Below are positions 16,677 through 26,608 of a DNA stretch of 36,660 nt, piece by piece; position 1 is the stretch's first letter, and every line of letters starts with the position of its first letter. Position numbers and translations under genes: made by a program. Under the pieces are notes generated by a model, which saw only the letters and a program-made list of their open reading frames with translations, was not told the origin of the DNA and did no database searches. Location: positions 1-36,660 of IMG/VR virus record IMGVR_UViG_3300020042_003420; one strand, given 5' to 3'. The stretch is from a virus. Lineage: Duplodnaviria; Caudoviricetes.

Positions 16677-17243
16677 ATGACCGATGAAACTCAAACACAA
16701 CCAACCGAGTATAAGAACATAAGGGAGGAGAAGTCTGCTTGGTTTCTTGAGATTAAAGAAAGAGCCAAGAACCTTCCAAGGGGTTCAGTTGAACACTATG
16801 CTCCAGCGGTTGCTGCACAGGCACTTTGGATGCTGGCTCAAGGGGCAAGGATTAAATCAATCTCAGAAAAGACTGGCTTAGGGCATGAAACAATTCGTAA
16901 ACTTGAATGGAGACATAATGACACGCTTGAGACAAAGCGTAAGGAGTTCTCCATGCGTTATGCGATTGCTGCCCAAGAGTACACTGACCTGTTATTTGAA
17001 AAAGCTGAACAATTATCCAATGATTCAGATGCTCTATCTAAGATTTCTCCAGACAAACTGGCTCTTACTATTGGGATTATGACCGATAAAGCAGCTCAGT
17101 TGACTGGGATGGCTGGAATGGTTATCGAGCATCGCAAGGGAGCATCCATTGATGACGCAATGAAGATGATTGCTGAAACCAAAGCAAGGATTGCAGAACG
17201 GATTAAATCCCAAGCAATCGAAGCTGAAATTATCGAAGAATGA
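16677..17243 (+). CDS. terS: Terminase small subunit (putative)
   Basis: HTH (IKSISEKTGLGHETIRKL), helical oligomerisation region; coupled to TerL. Confidence 0.7.
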   Translation: MTDETQTQPTEYKNIREEKSAWFLEIKERAKNLPRGSVEHYAPAVAAQALWMLAQGARIKSISEKTGLGHETIRKLEWRHNDTLETKRKEFSMRYAIAAQEYTDLLFEKAEQLSNDSDALSKISPDKLALTIGIMTDKAAQLTGMAGMVIEHRKGASIDDAMKMIAETKARIAERIKSQAIEAEIIEE

Positions 17244-18838
17244 TTTGGAAGCAGCATCAGATTCTATCTCCTCCAAACGACGATGAGATTGCGCTTATGG
17301 AACCACAAGAGCTTGTGGATCTTCATAAAGCGTACCATGACGCCATTGATAATTCAGAGAAAGACCCCTATCGCTTTGGATTTAGGCTTCCTCACTGGAT
17401 TAAAGCTGAAGAACAACTCGATGAGGTAAATGAAATCCTTGCATTGGGAGGGAATCGCAGCGGGAAAACTCAGTGGGGTGCATTCTCCGTTGTTCGTGCA
17501 GCAGTTGAGAATCCAAAATCTGAAATCTTTTGCTTTGCTCAAACCTCTGAAGTCTCGATCCGCCAGCAACAAAGCGCGGTTTACGATTGGCTTCCTGCTG
17601 AGATGAAGACAAAGCAGACTTCGGCCAATGCTTATATCAGCTACACAAAGAAGAATGGATTCACGGATTCGTCATTGATCCTGCCGAATGGGAGTCAAAT
17701 CATATTTAAGACTTATTCACAATATCAAAACAACCCAACCATCCTAGAAGGTGCTGAATTGGGGAGTCGAAACCCAACTTGGCACAATGTTGGAGTCTGG
17801 CTTGATGAGTATCTTCTTGGCCCAGAACTAATCAATACTCTCCGCTTCCGATTAGCTACTCGAAATGCCAAGATGCTGGTTACCTTCACGCCTATTGATG
17901 GTTGGACAGAAGTAATCAAGGAATATCTTGATGGAGCAACTATTATCGAGTCTCGCAAAGCTGAATTGCTTAAAAAGGAGCTTGTCCCATACGTTCAGCG
18001 GAGTAAAAAGCGTAATGCTTCAATTCACTACTTCCACTCTCAAGACAACCCATTTGGAGGTTACGAACGAATCAAGGAAACCCTCATCGGCAGATCGAGG
18101 GAGGAAATTCTTATTCGTGCTTACGGAGTTCCAGTAAAATCCCAAGCAACAAAGTTTCCCAAGTTCAATACTGCCGTCAATGTCATTTCTCCAGACATGA
18201 TTCCAGAAGAAGGAGTGACAAGGTATCATGTGATTGACCCTGCTGGAGCAAAGAACTGGTTCATGTGCTGGATTGCCGTTGATGCAAGTGGAACATTCTA
18301 CGTTTATCGCGAATGGCCGGGGGTTGATGTAGGTGATTGGGCTGAATGGAAATCTGGGAAATGGATTGGTGGAGAAGGAGCCAAGGGGCAAGGATACGGC
18401 ATCAGAGATTATGCTGATCTTATTCTTGATCTTGAGGGCGACGAGGAGGTCTTTGAGCGTCTTATTGACCCAAGACTAGGCGCAGCACGTTATCAAGCCG
18501 CTGATGGGGCTTCTAGCATCATTGAAGACCTGTCTGATGCTGGTATCGTTTGCGTTCCTGCTCCCGGACTAGAAATTGACGATGGATTGCAAATTCTTAT
18601 CGGCAAGATGTCATGGGATACGGCAAAACCAATGGACTCAGTCAATCGGCCAAGATTCTATGTCTCAAAGAACTGCGAGAACATTATTGCGGCATTATCC
18701 GAGTACACTGGAGAACAAGGCTTGAAAGAAGCATGGAAAGACCCTATTGACGTTCTTCGATATGCCGCAGTTGCAGGAATTGACCATGCAGATGAAACAA
18801 AAACATTTACAACCATCCAAGGCGGTGGTGGATACTAA
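17240..18838 (+). CDS. terL: Terminase large subunit
   Basis: Walker A GGNRSGKT, Walker B VWLDE, coupling motif TFTP, nuclease motifs VIDPA and KDPIDVLRY. Confidence 0.93.
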   Translation: MIWKQHQILSPPNDDEIALMEPQELVDLHKAYHDAIDNSEKDPYRFGFRLPHWIKAEEQLDEVNEILALGGNRSGKTQWGAFSVVRAAVENPKSEIFCFAQTSEVSIRQQQSAVYDWLPAEMKTKQTSANAYISYTKKNGFTDSSLILPNGSQIIFKTYSQYQNNPTILEGAELGSRNPTWHNVGVWLDEYLLGPELINTLRFRLATRNAKMLVTFTPIDGWTEVIKEYLDGATIIESRKAELLKKELVPYVQRSKKRNASIHYFHSQDNPFGGYERIKETLIGRSREEILIRAYGVPVKSQATKFPKFNTAVNVISPDMIPEEGVTRYHVIDPAGAKNWFMCWIAVDASGTFYVYREWPGVDVGDWAEWKSGKWIGGEGAKGQGYGIRDYADLILDLEGDEEVFERLIDPRLGAARYQAADGASSIIEDLSDAGIVCVPAPGLEIDDGLQILIGKMSWDTAKPMDSVNRPRFYVSKNCENIIAALSEYTGEQGLKEAWKDPIDVLRYAAVAGIDHADETKTFTTIQGGGGY

Positions 18839-18839
18839 T

Positions 18840-19115
18840 ATGAGAAAAGTAGTTAAAAAACTAGGCCGTCCTAAAAAGATGGATAAACCAGAAGAAATCA
18901 TTGAAATCCAAGTTGATGAAGATACTTCTGAGGATCAAGTCTTTGATGATATCCTTGTTTTGAGGAAATGTCCAAATCCAGATTTTGTTGTTGGAAGACT
19001 TGATGGCTTTGCAATCAATATCCGCTGTGGACGAAAGGCATCAAATAGGTTAATAGGAAAGCAGATTTCCATCAAAAAGTCAAAGGACGAAGAGATTTAC
19101 CATTATTTACCATGA
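18840..19115 (+). CDS. Hypothetical protein (MRKVVKKLGRPKK...)
   Basis: Fills the TerL-portal gap; ATGA-coupled to the portal gene. Confidence 0.7.
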   Translation: MRKVVKKLGRPKKMDKPEEIIEIQVDEDTSEDQVFDDILVLRKCPNPDFVVGRLDGFAINIRCGRKASNRLIGKQISIKKSKDEEIYHYLP

Positions 19116-21184
19116 GCAAATACGAAGCAGAAATAGGCGACGAGTCATTGATTTACGCTGATGACGAGCCTGATGTTAGAATGCTTACGATGGCTTATGA
19201 TACCATCCTTATTGAATTGGATGAATACTTTCAAAGCTGTCAGCAATCATACCAAGATCGACGTAACATCTGGGATGGTAAGTCTGATGATCTAAGGAAA
19301 CATGGAGCAAATGCCTTCCCGTGGGAAGGTGCTAGTGACCAAGAAGTCAACATCGTTGGTGAGCGCATTGATATGTTTGTGTCAATTCTTGACCAAGCAT
19401 TAAGCCGTAGTCATATCAAGGCATTCCCAACAAGCATGGCATCAATGCCGAGGGCATCAATGGTTTCCTCATTCTTGAAGTGGATGCGATCAAGCTACAT
19501 CCCAAACTTTCGCAACGAAATGGAACTTGGGGCGAACTACTTGCTTGAGAAGGGCATCATGGTTTCCTATGTTGGATGGAAACGTGAGAAACGCACATTT
19601 TTGCAAGAAGTGTCTTTAGAGCAAATTGCCCAACAATCACCAGATTTGGCTAATTTAATTGTTTCTGGAACTGACGATGAGACGATCCTTGCGATGCTGG
19701 AGCAAGCATTTCCAGATTTAACAAAGAAACGTGCCAAGAAAGCCATTAAAGACCTTCGCGTGACGGGGATGGCTAAGATCCCAATTCCTCGTCTGTCAGT
19801 TGATTGTCCAGTTGTTCATTCTTGCTCATCGGATGGAGAGATTTTATTCCCTCCGTATGTTTCAGACCCACAACGTAGCCCGTATGTGTTCTGGCGCACA
19901 TTCCTTACGGCTCAAGAGCTTGAGAAAAAAGTAGCAAACGAGGGATGGGATGAAGATTGGGTGCGTGGAGCAATCGAGGAACTACGCGGTAAAGACTCCA
20001 TGTACATTGATGGAGAGAAGCTAAAGACAGTTAGTCGCTTGCCAATCACAGATGACAATGATCTTGTAATGGTAGTCTATGGTTATCAACGGCTTATTGA
20101 TGAAGAGGATGGCTCAGAAGGGATTTATTGCACTATCTTCCATCCACAGAAAGAAGGATACGCAAAATACGAGCTGCTTAATGGATATGATGACTATCCA
20201 TTCATTGTAACTCGCCTTTCAAACGATCAAAAGCGCATGTACGAAGTTCAGACATTCTCTGACATTCTTCGTGGACCGCAAATGCAGATTAAGACTGAGC
20301 GTGATTCGCGTGTAGATAGGGCATCTATTGCCACTTTACCACCGATCATGCACCCCGCTGGTCGCCCTCCATCTGATTGGGGGCCGGGCCGCAGGGTTCC
20401 TTACCGTCGTCTTGGTGAGATTGCTTTTGGCCCTGTTCCACAAATGGATCAAGGATCAATGGAAGTTGAGCAATCAATGCGTCTCCAAGCAGATCGTGCA
20501 GTAGGACTTGACTTGACTAATCCGATCTCAGCTATTCGCCAGCAATTCTATGTTGGTAAGTTCCTTGACCATGTTCGTGATGTTCTAGCTCTTGCTTGGA
20601 AACTCTATCAGCGAATGGGGCCAGATGAAGTGTTCTTCCAAGTCACTGGGAATCCAAACCCACAAGTGATGTCAAAGGGAAGTCCAGATGAAAACTTCTC
20701 AATTACTGTTGCCTTTGACTCTCAATCAAATGATCCAGAGACTGCCGAAGCCCAACTGAAAAACATGATTAGTCTTGTTCAGATGGATCGTAATGGCATC
20801 ATTGACATCAACAAGATGCTTGAGTTTGTCGCGTCATCCATCAACCCAATTTTTGCGGATTATGTGTTACAACCTGCTGAAGAGTCCCAGCAAAAAATTG
20901 CTAAAGCGGTTACGGATGATCTCGCAAAAATCTTCTCTGGAATCGAAGTTCCTGCACAAGCTAATGGAGCGCAAATTGCAATGCAGATGGTTCAAGCCTA
21001 TGTGCAACAACCAGACATCGCCCAACGCGCTCAACAGGATGAAGCATTTGCAGAAAGACTTCAGAAGTATGCTGGTCAGTACCAGTTTATGCTTCAACAA
21101 GCTCAGAATGCTCAAATCGGACGAATCGGAACTGCCCCTGCTCAAATGGGCGGAATGCAGACTCAACAAATGAATCAACAATAA
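19112..21184 (+). CDS. Portal protein (podovirus/P22-like)
   Basis: 690 aa after TerL; FPWEGASD motif; Q-rich helical C-terminal barrel. Confidence 0.85.
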   Translation: MSKYEAEIGDESLIYADDEPDVRMLTMAYDTILIELDEYFQSCQQSYQDRRNIWDGKSDDLRKHGANAFPWEGASDQEVNIVGERIDMFVSILDQALSRSHIKAFPTSMASMPRASMVSSFLKWMRSSYIPNFRNEMELGANYLLEKGIMVSYVGWKREKRTFLQEVSLEQIAQQSPDLANLIVSGTDDETILAMLEQAFPDLTKKRAKKAIKDLRVTGMAKIPIPRLSVDCPVVHSCSSDGEILFPPYVSDPQRSPYVFWRTFLTAQELEKKVANEGWDEDWVRGAIEELRGKDSMYIDGEKLKTVSRLPITDDNDLVMVVYGYQRLIDEEDGSEGIYCTIFHPQKEGYAKYELLNGYDDYPFIVTRLSNDQKRMYEVQTFSDILRGPQMQIKTERDSRVDRASIATLPPIMHPAGRPPSDWGPGRRVPYRRLGEIAFGPVPQMDQGSMEVEQSMRLQADRAVGLDLTNPISAIRQQFYVGKFLDHVRDVLALAWKLYQRMGPDEVFFQVTGNPNPQVMSKGSPDENFSITVAFDSQSNDPETAEAQLKNMISLVQMDRNGIIDINKMLEFVASSINPIFADYVLQPAEESQQKIAKAVTDDLAKIFSGIEVPAQANGAQIAMQMVQAYVQQPDIAQRAQQDEAFAERLQKYAGQYQFMLQQAQNAQIGRIGTAPAQMGGMQTQQMNQQ

Positions 21185-21223
21185 TCTCCGTTAATAAACA
21201 ATAACTAACAACTAAATAATAAT

Positions 21224-21469
21224 ATGCCAGAAAATAAAAATAAAACAAAAAGAATTTATCATGCTGATTCATACACATATGATGAATACTCATTAGGAAT
21301 GCAGAAGAAAAATTTTACTGATCCTGTAATGGAAAAAGCTTATGATGAAAGAATGAAACAAGGTGGAGTTGGCCCAGAAAGAGGCTCTGATTACAATAAA
21401 AGAATTATAGCTAATTTAAATAAATCAAGAGGAACAGTCTCATCAGCAGTTCGCAAAGAAATTAAATAA
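21224..21469 (+). CDS. Hypothetical AT-rich accessory protein, 81 aa
   Basis: ORF with A-rich leader. Confidence 0.6.
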   Translation: MPENKNKTKRIYHADSYTYDEYSLGMQKKNFTDPVMEKAYDERMKQGGVGPERGSDYNKRIIANLNKSRGTVSSAVRKEIK

Positions 21470-21470
21470 T

Positions 21471-21647
21471 ATGAAAAAAAAGTCCACGGTTAACGCAGCA
21501 GGTAACTATACCAAGCCAACCATGAGGAAGGCGTTGTTTAATCGCATTAAAGCAGGGACTAAAGGTGGAGACCCCGGAGAATGGAGTGCCAGAAAAGCAC
21601 AATTACTTGCTAGTGAGTACAAGAAAAAAGGAGGTGGTTATCGATGA
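21471..21647 (+). CDS. Small basic protein, DUF5872-like N-terminal half (58 aa; not in the ORF track)
   Basis: Hand translation MKKKSTVNAAGNYTKPTMRKALFNRIKAGTKGGDPGEWSARKAQLLASEYKKKGGGYR. Confidence 0.8.
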   Translation: MKKKSTVNAAGNYTKPTMRKALFNRIKAGTKGGDPGEWSARKAQLLASEYKKKGGGYR

Positions 21648-21874
21648 AACCGTCTCAGCAATCCCTAAAGAATTGGAGTGACCAGAAGTGGCGAACCTCT
21701 GATGGTAAGCCTAGTAAGGGCAAGAAACGCTACCTGCCAGACGCTGCTTGGAATGCGCTTAGTGCATCTGAGAAGGCATCAACTAATCGCGCCAAAGCAA
21801 AAGGTAACGCACAAGGTAAACAGTTTGTCAAGCAACCTAAATCAATCGCTCGTAAAACGTCAGCATACCGATGA
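21644..21874 (+). CDS. Small basic protein, DUF5872-like C-terminal half
   Basis: QQSLKNWSDQKW...RYLP..AW..LS..EK..TNRAK...GKQFVKQP; ATGA-coupled. Confidence 0.8.
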   Translation: MKPSQQSLKNWSDQKWRTSDGKPSKGKKRYLPDAAWNALSASEKASTNRAKAKGNAQGKQFVKQPKSIARKTSAYR

Positions 21875-22062
21875 AGAAAATCAAACTCGCAAACGATGTA
21901 GCCCGATGCAATGGCGTGGGTTTCGATGAGGGTGGCGAGTGGGGATGGCGTGAAGGCTGTGAGACCTGCCTACGAAGAACAGCCCCTCGTCCAAAATACT
22001 ACTCTATGATTGCCCCACCTCCCATTATTGCTTTTGAATGCAAATATCTGATTGAACCATAA
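21871..22062 (+). CDS. Small Cys-rich protein
   Basis: DVARC...CETCLRR...C pattern; coupled on both sides. Confidence 0.65.
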   Translation: MKKIKLANDVARCNGVGFDEGGEWGWREGCETCLRRTAPRPKYYSMIAPPPIIAFECKYLIEP

Positions 22063-23075
22063 TGGAAAAAGATCCTAAAAAAATAGCAGAAAAAATCAAT
22101 GAAATTTTAAGAATGGGGCAACGATCTCAATCTAAAGAAGATCAGGAAAAAATTGTTAAAATGATTTCTGAGCTTTCTACAGATTACTCTAGCCCAGAAT
22201 ATCCCAAAATGAACATTTCTGATTTTATAAAAGGAAACGCACAAAAAGCGGCTTTATCTCCTCAAGAGATGCTCAAGTCGTATTATGGAGACAAACTTAA
22301 TCAAGAGATTATCCGTGCAGGAAATTATAATATAAGCAGACCTGTCATAACGCCTCAATCATATTCAGCGATATTTGACACAATTCAAGGAAGTAAAACT
22401 AAAGATTATGGTTCCTCTTACAGTGTTGGCAAAAATGTAAATCCAACTGCTGAAGTTACCGTTGGTAGTGGACAGAAAATTAAAGAAGAAAATAATAAAA
22501 CTTACAGCAAGTGGTTAAGTGGCAATGATCCAGAATTAAAAGCTAGAGCATTGGAATATTTTAAAACTAATTCTTACGATCCATCAATTTTAAATTCTAA
22601 TCCGCAGAGTGCGTTAGAACATGAAATAAGTCATCACATAACAGTTCCAGATTCATTTTATTCCATTTATAGTCTTAGAAAAAACAATGGCAAACTCCCA
22701 CTTGCAGTCGAAGCAAGAAACAAAGGAAAGATAGCTTCCAATAAATTTAAAGATTTTGGAGAACATACTGGGATAGAAACAGAAACAACACAAGCTCTTT
22801 CTCGTTTTCAAAGGGAAATGTTCAAAAATACTGGCAAAAGATTGATTCCAAACGAATTTACAAAACTAGTAAATTCTGGTGAAATTCCAGATTTCTTAAC
22901 GCAAGAGGGGCGAAGAATTTTGATATACGCTCGTAATCTAAAGGAGGTAGCAGATAAATCAGAAGATGAAGAAAAGAAAAAAAATGCCAAAGAAGCATTA
23001 AAAGCAATTTCTAGAATGGCTCCAGCGGTAGTTAAAAACGAAAAAAAATATGGACTCAATTTACCTATAGGATAA
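22062..23075 (+). CDS. AT-rich accessory protein with a zincin HExxH motif, 337 aa
   Basis: ALEHEISHH plus a downstream Glu-rich helix (ETETTQA). Confidence 0.6.
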   Translation: MEKDPKKIAEKINEILRMGQRSQSKEDQEKIVKMISELSTDYSSPEYPKMNISDFIKGNAQKAALSPQEMLKSYYGDKLNQEIIRAGNYNISRPVITPQSYSAIFDTIQGSKTKDYGSSYSVGKNVNPTAEVTVGSGQKIKEENNKTYSKWLSGNDPELKARALEYFKTNSYDPSILNSNPQSALEHEISHHITVPDSFYSIYSLRKNNGKLPLAVEARNKGKIASNKFKDFGEHTGIETETTQALSRFQREMFKNTGKRLIPNEFTKLVNSGEIPDFLTQEGRRILIYARNLKEVADKSEDEEKKKNAKEALKAISRMAPAVVKNEKKYGLNLPIG

Positions 23076-23094
23076 AATAAACTAAAATTTTTAT

Positions 23095-23337
23095 ATGGAA
23101 AAAAGATTTAAGAAAACTGTAACTAATCCCGCTACAGGACGCAAGAGAACCGTAAAGTTTGGGCAAGCAGGTAAAGCTGCTGACGGAGGTGATCGCATTC
23201 GTCCGGGTACGTCTAAAGGTGATTCTTATTGCGCTCGTTCTGCAAAGATCAAAGGTGATTGGAAGTCAGATCCTAACTCACCAAATAACTTGTCAAGACG
23301 TAAATGGAAATGCAAAGGCTCTAAATCAATGAAATAA
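23095..23337 (+). CDS. Small basic protein (DUF6321-like)
   Basis: VKFGQ...SYCARS...DPNSPNNLSRRKWKC motif common in aquatic phages (from recall). Confidence 0.7.
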   Translation: MEKRFKKTVTNPATGRKRTVKFGQAGKAADGGDRIRPGTSKGDSYCARSAKIKGDWKSDPNSPNNLSRRKWKCKGSKSMK

Positions 23338-23338
23338 T

Positions 23339-23557
23339 ATGACCCAACTACCAAAACCAACAATTCAACAAGCCGTACAATCACTCTCTGATCGAGACGA
23401 ATTCAAGGTGATTATCCAATTTATCCGAGATGAACGTGAGCGATTCTTTGCGGATCTTCGTATAGCACAAGACACTAACGATGTAATGAAAATTGCAGGT
23501 TCGATTTCTACCCTTGACGAGTTATTAAATTTATTGCACATTCCCGTCACTCAGTAG
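23339..23557 (+). CDS. Small helical head-region protein (Bbp19-like position)
   Basis: 72 aa; lies just before the scaffold gene. Confidence 0.6.
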   Translation: MTQLPKPTIQQAVQSLSDRDEFKVIIQFIRDERERFFADLRIAQDTNDVMKIAGSISTLDELLNLLHIPVTQ

Positions 23558-23588
23558 TTGTGTTCTGAGTTTCATGTTCGGTGTTCGG

Positions 23589-23625
23589 AGAGGGGCTAGG
23601 GTTAATTCTCTAGCCTCTCTTTTTG
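23589..23625 (+). terminator. Rho-independent terminator
   Basis: AGAGGGGCTAGGG...CTCTAGCCTCTCT hairpin followed by TTTT. Confidence 0.8.
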
Positions 23626-23660
23626 TCTAAGGCTAGTAATGTAACTATTAAAACTTTGCA

Positions 23661-23690
23661 TTGACATGCGCATCATTGTTACATTACATT
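23661..23690 (+). promoter_or_regulatory. Sigma70 promoter for the scaffold/capsid operon
   Basis: TTGACA-N18-TACATT directly after the terminator. Confidence 0.7.
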
Positions 23691-23734
23691 CCGATCATCG
23701 CCTTCGCTAGGGCGCATTAACTAGTGTTTTAATT

Positions 23735-24784
23735 ATGAGTAACAATCAAGCTGTCGCTGGGGCTGAAGAACCAGTGTCTAACATCTCAATCGAAGAGCTA
23801 ATTGCTCAACGTATTGGAAAAGCAACTGCATCCCAAGAAGAACCTTTAGAAGAATCTGAAGAGGAGACAGAGGAGGAAGATGATCTTGCCAGCTCAGAAA
23901 GCGAAGACGTTGAAGAATCCGATGAGGAATCAGAAGAAGAGAATGAAGAAGAAACCGAAGGGCAGAATGAAATTGATCTCTTAGACCTCACAACTGAGCA
24001 AATCCAAGAGCTTGCTAAAAAGGGCAAAAGCCGACTCCTTCAACGAATTGGAGAACTCACGGCACAGAAGAAAGCCCTTGAAGAAAAGCTCACGGCCCAA
24101 CCTCAAGTTGCGGAGTCCAAACGAGAAATCCCGCAAAATGATATTCCAGAATCTATTCGCTCTCTCAAGACATTTGAGGAGGTTAAGAATAAGTTTGAAG
24201 AATATGAAGCAGTGATCGAGGCAACAGATGATCTTCTTCGTCAATATCGTAAATACGATGACGATGACATCATTGAATACCAAGGTCAGGAGCTTACCAA
24301 ATTGCAGATTGAAAATGCTAATATCAACTCAAGGAAAGCACTGACAAAGTATCTTCCTGCTCAACAACAACATCTAGGAAAGATCGCTCAATACGATCAG
24401 CTTAATAAGCAATATGTTGCCGCAATCGAGCAAGAAGTTCCAGAAATCAATGACTCCGAAAGTGAAATTGGTAAGAACTATGCAAATTTCATTGCCGATC
24501 CACTCATCGAACGAGTACGAAAAGAAATCCCAGAAATCGGAATTCAGATCGAATATATCCTTGGTCATGCTGTAAGGTCTATCTTTGCAGGTAAAAAGCT
24601 AAAAAATGCAGCTCCAGTAATGGGAAGTAAATTGAAGGCAAGTCCGCCATCAAACCCAGTTGGTTCTGGTGCAGCAAAATCTAGCGTTAAGCCTACACAG
24701 AAAGTCAAAGATGCATATCACAGGTTTGAATCTTCTGGTCGCCCAGAGGATTGGATTGCTGCTCGCATTTCAAAATTCAAGTAA
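23735..24784 (+). CDS. Capsid scaffolding protein
   Basis: Very acidic N-terminus, coiled coil (RIGELTAQKK), basic C-terminus; immediately upstream of the MCP. Confidence 0.85.
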   Translation: MSNNQAVAGAEEPVSNISIEELIAQRIGKATASQEEPLEESEEETEEEDDLASSESEDVEESDEESEEENEEETEGQNEIDLLDLTTEQIQELAKKGKSRLLQRIGELTAQKKALEEKLTAQPQVAESKREIPQNDIPESIRSLKTFEEVKNKFEEYEAVIEATDDLLRQYRKYDDDDIIEYQGQELTKLQIENANINSRKALTKYLPAQQQHLGKIAQYDQLNKQYVAAIEQEVPEINDSESEIGKNYANFIADPLIERVRKEIPEIGIQIEYILGHAVRSIFAGKKLKNAAPVMGSKLKASPPSNPVGSGAAKSSVKPTQKVKDAYHRFESSGRPEDWIAARISKFK

Positions 24785-24815
24785 CTTAACTTTCGATATT
24801 TAAAAATATACTATT

Positions 24816-25808
24816 ATGGCTATTTCCGCTACATACAATCCAAATGCCCCAGCCCAAAAAACTGGCACGGGTTCCGCAATCAGTAATCGTGAGGATCTCA
24901 GCAATGAGTTGACCTTGCTCGCACCAGAAGAAACCCCACTCTTGAGCCTTTGCTCCAAGGGCCGTGCTTCTGGTACGTTCAGCGAGTGGACTGCTGACAA
25001 ACTTGCAACTCCAGTTACTACTGGTATCTCCGAAGGTTCTGACGTTACCTCGTTCAGCGACAAGTTCTCTGATCGCGCTCGTCTTGGAAACTACGTCCAA
25101 ATCTTCCGCCGTGACTACCTTGTCTCCAATCTGCAAAATGCAGTTAGCTCTGTTGGCCCTGCAAACGTGGCTCAAGCTGAAGCTAAGTGTATGCGTGAGT
25201 TGAAGCGTGACGTGGAAGCCGCTATCTGCTCGGATAACGATCTAAGCGTTGAGAATGGTGCTGGTACTCCATACGCCCTCCGTGGCCTTGGTAAATGGCT
25301 TCAATCGACTGCTCTGTCTGGTGTGCCAACGGCGTACCTAACCCCTTCTGATTCGATTCAGTCTGGTGGTGCTACCCTTGCTGAAAGCTCCTTCAATACA
25401 ATCATTGGTTCGATCTTCACTGAAAATGGTGAAGCCAATTCGCTTACCTGTATCGCTGGTGTTGCTCTTCGTAAGGCAATCTCCAACTTCACTCGCAATG
25501 ATGGTGCTGCAAGCAACGAAAACATCTATATGGTCACTCAAGATGCCGTTGCTAAAAAGGTTACTCTGTCCGTCAATCTTTATGATTCCGACTTTGGTAT
25601 CGTAAACATTGTCAATGGTAACCCAAGTTGTATGCCTGCCACAAGCCGTGGATACGTCATCAATCCAAAGTATCTTGCATTCAACACTCTCATCCCAATG
25701 GGTGCTACTCGTCTTGAGAACCAAGGTGGTGGCGAGCGTGGATTTGTCGATATGACTGGTACGCTTTGCGTCAAGCATCCTCGCGCACACGGCAAGATCA
25801 CTGCTTAA
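24816..25808 (+). CDS. Major capsid protein (HK97 fold, DUF5309/SU10-like)
   Basis: NREDLS...PEETPL, EW..D.L, NYVQIF, ELKRDVE, YDSDFG motifs; 330 aa; biased codon use. Confidence 0.9.
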   Translation: MAISATYNPNAPAQKTGTGSAISNREDLSNELTLLAPEETPLLSLCSKGRASGTFSEWTADKLATPVTTGISEGSDVTSFSDKFSDRARLGNYVQIFRRDYLVSNLQNAVSSVGPANVAQAEAKCMRELKRDVEAAICSDNDLSVENGAGTPYALRGLGKWLQSTALSGVPTAYLTPSDSIQSGGATLAESSFNTIIGSIFTENGEANSLTCIAGVALRKAISNFTRNDGAASNENIYMVTQDAVAKKVTLSVNLYDSDFGIVNIVNGNPSCMPATSRGYVINPKYLAFNTLIPMGATRLENQGGGERGFVDMTGTLCVKHPRAHGKITA

Positions 25809-25840
25809 TTCATCAATTATAGAATAAACTAAATAAAATT

Positions 25841-26275
25841 ATGCCTCAACTATCTAATAACGAATCACGCGGTTTCACCCATTATTTCCGAATCACTGGT
25901 ACGGAACTAGCTACTACTGGCTATTTGACATCGACGGAGAAATTGATTTTCAAGCTCCCTCCGGGTGCCATCATCACCAATGCTGCCGTATTTGTTCAAA
26001 CAGCACTTGCTGGCGCGACTGATATTACTATCTCCGTAGGTAGCATTACTGGCACGGCTACAAACCTTATCGCTAGTATTGACTTGGATGCGCTTACTAA
26101 AGTTACTTACAATACTGGGTCTGCTATTGATACTGAGCCCGGCCTTGTAAATAACACCACTTCAGCGGTAGATATTTTTGCTCGTTTTGGTGGAACTCCA
26201 TCCACTCTTACCGCTGGTGACTTCACTATTGGTCTGACGGTTCTTGATCTGGGCGGCATCGCAAGTAACGCTTAA
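25841..26275 (+). CDS. Capsid decoration/cement protein (putative)
   Basis: Beta-rich, Thr-rich 144 aa (LPPGAII..A.V) between the MCP and a terminator. Confidence 0.65.
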   Translation: MPQLSNNESRGFTHYFRITGTELATTGYLTSTEKLIFKLPPGAIITNAAVFVQTALAGATDITISVGSITGTATNLIASIDLDALTKVTYNTGSAIDTEPGLVNNTTSAVDIFARFGGTPSTLTAGDFTIGLTVLDLGGIASNA

Positions 26276-26283
26276 TTAAATTT

Positions 26284-26320
26284 AGGTGGGGGAGGTTAAA
26301 ATCTCCCCTGCCTTATTCTT
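26284..26320 (+). terminator. Rho-independent terminator after the capsid genes
   Basis: AGGTGGGGGAGG-loop-TCTCCCCTGCCT followed by TATTCTT. Confidence 0.65.
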
Positions 26321-26608
26321 ATGAACATCTCCGAAGCAGCGTTGAATCACGCCCTCATTACAGAGCTTTGTAGTGGTCGTAAATTCATGGAAGCTAAACA
26401 AGAGCTTCGTGAACGTGATTGTGCAAGGGAAGCACTAGCTGCAAAAGGACACAAGAGCATCCCGCAGCTTGGCAAATTAGCCGCTGTTATCCCACAACAT
26501 GAATACTTTATCATGCGTGAGCGTTATGGTGAAGACTGCTGGCACGACAGGGAATTCGTCCGCGACTTTCAAAGGACTCAATCACACCTTGCAGTACATA
26601 AAATCTGA
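26321..26608 (+). CDS. Hypothetical protein, 95 aa
   Basis: ORF coupled to the next gene. Confidence 0.7.
   Translation: MNISEAALNHALITELCSGRKFMEAKQELRERDCAREALAAKGHKSIPQLGKLAAVIPQHEYFIMRERYGEDCWHDREFVRDFQRTQSHLAVHKI

Noticed and set aside
21436-21446. Second hammerhead (AGTCTCATCAG, identical to 5511-5521)
   Set aside because: No partner AGUC-GAAA strand or stems I/III nearby; it lies inside a + strand CDS and is probably chance.
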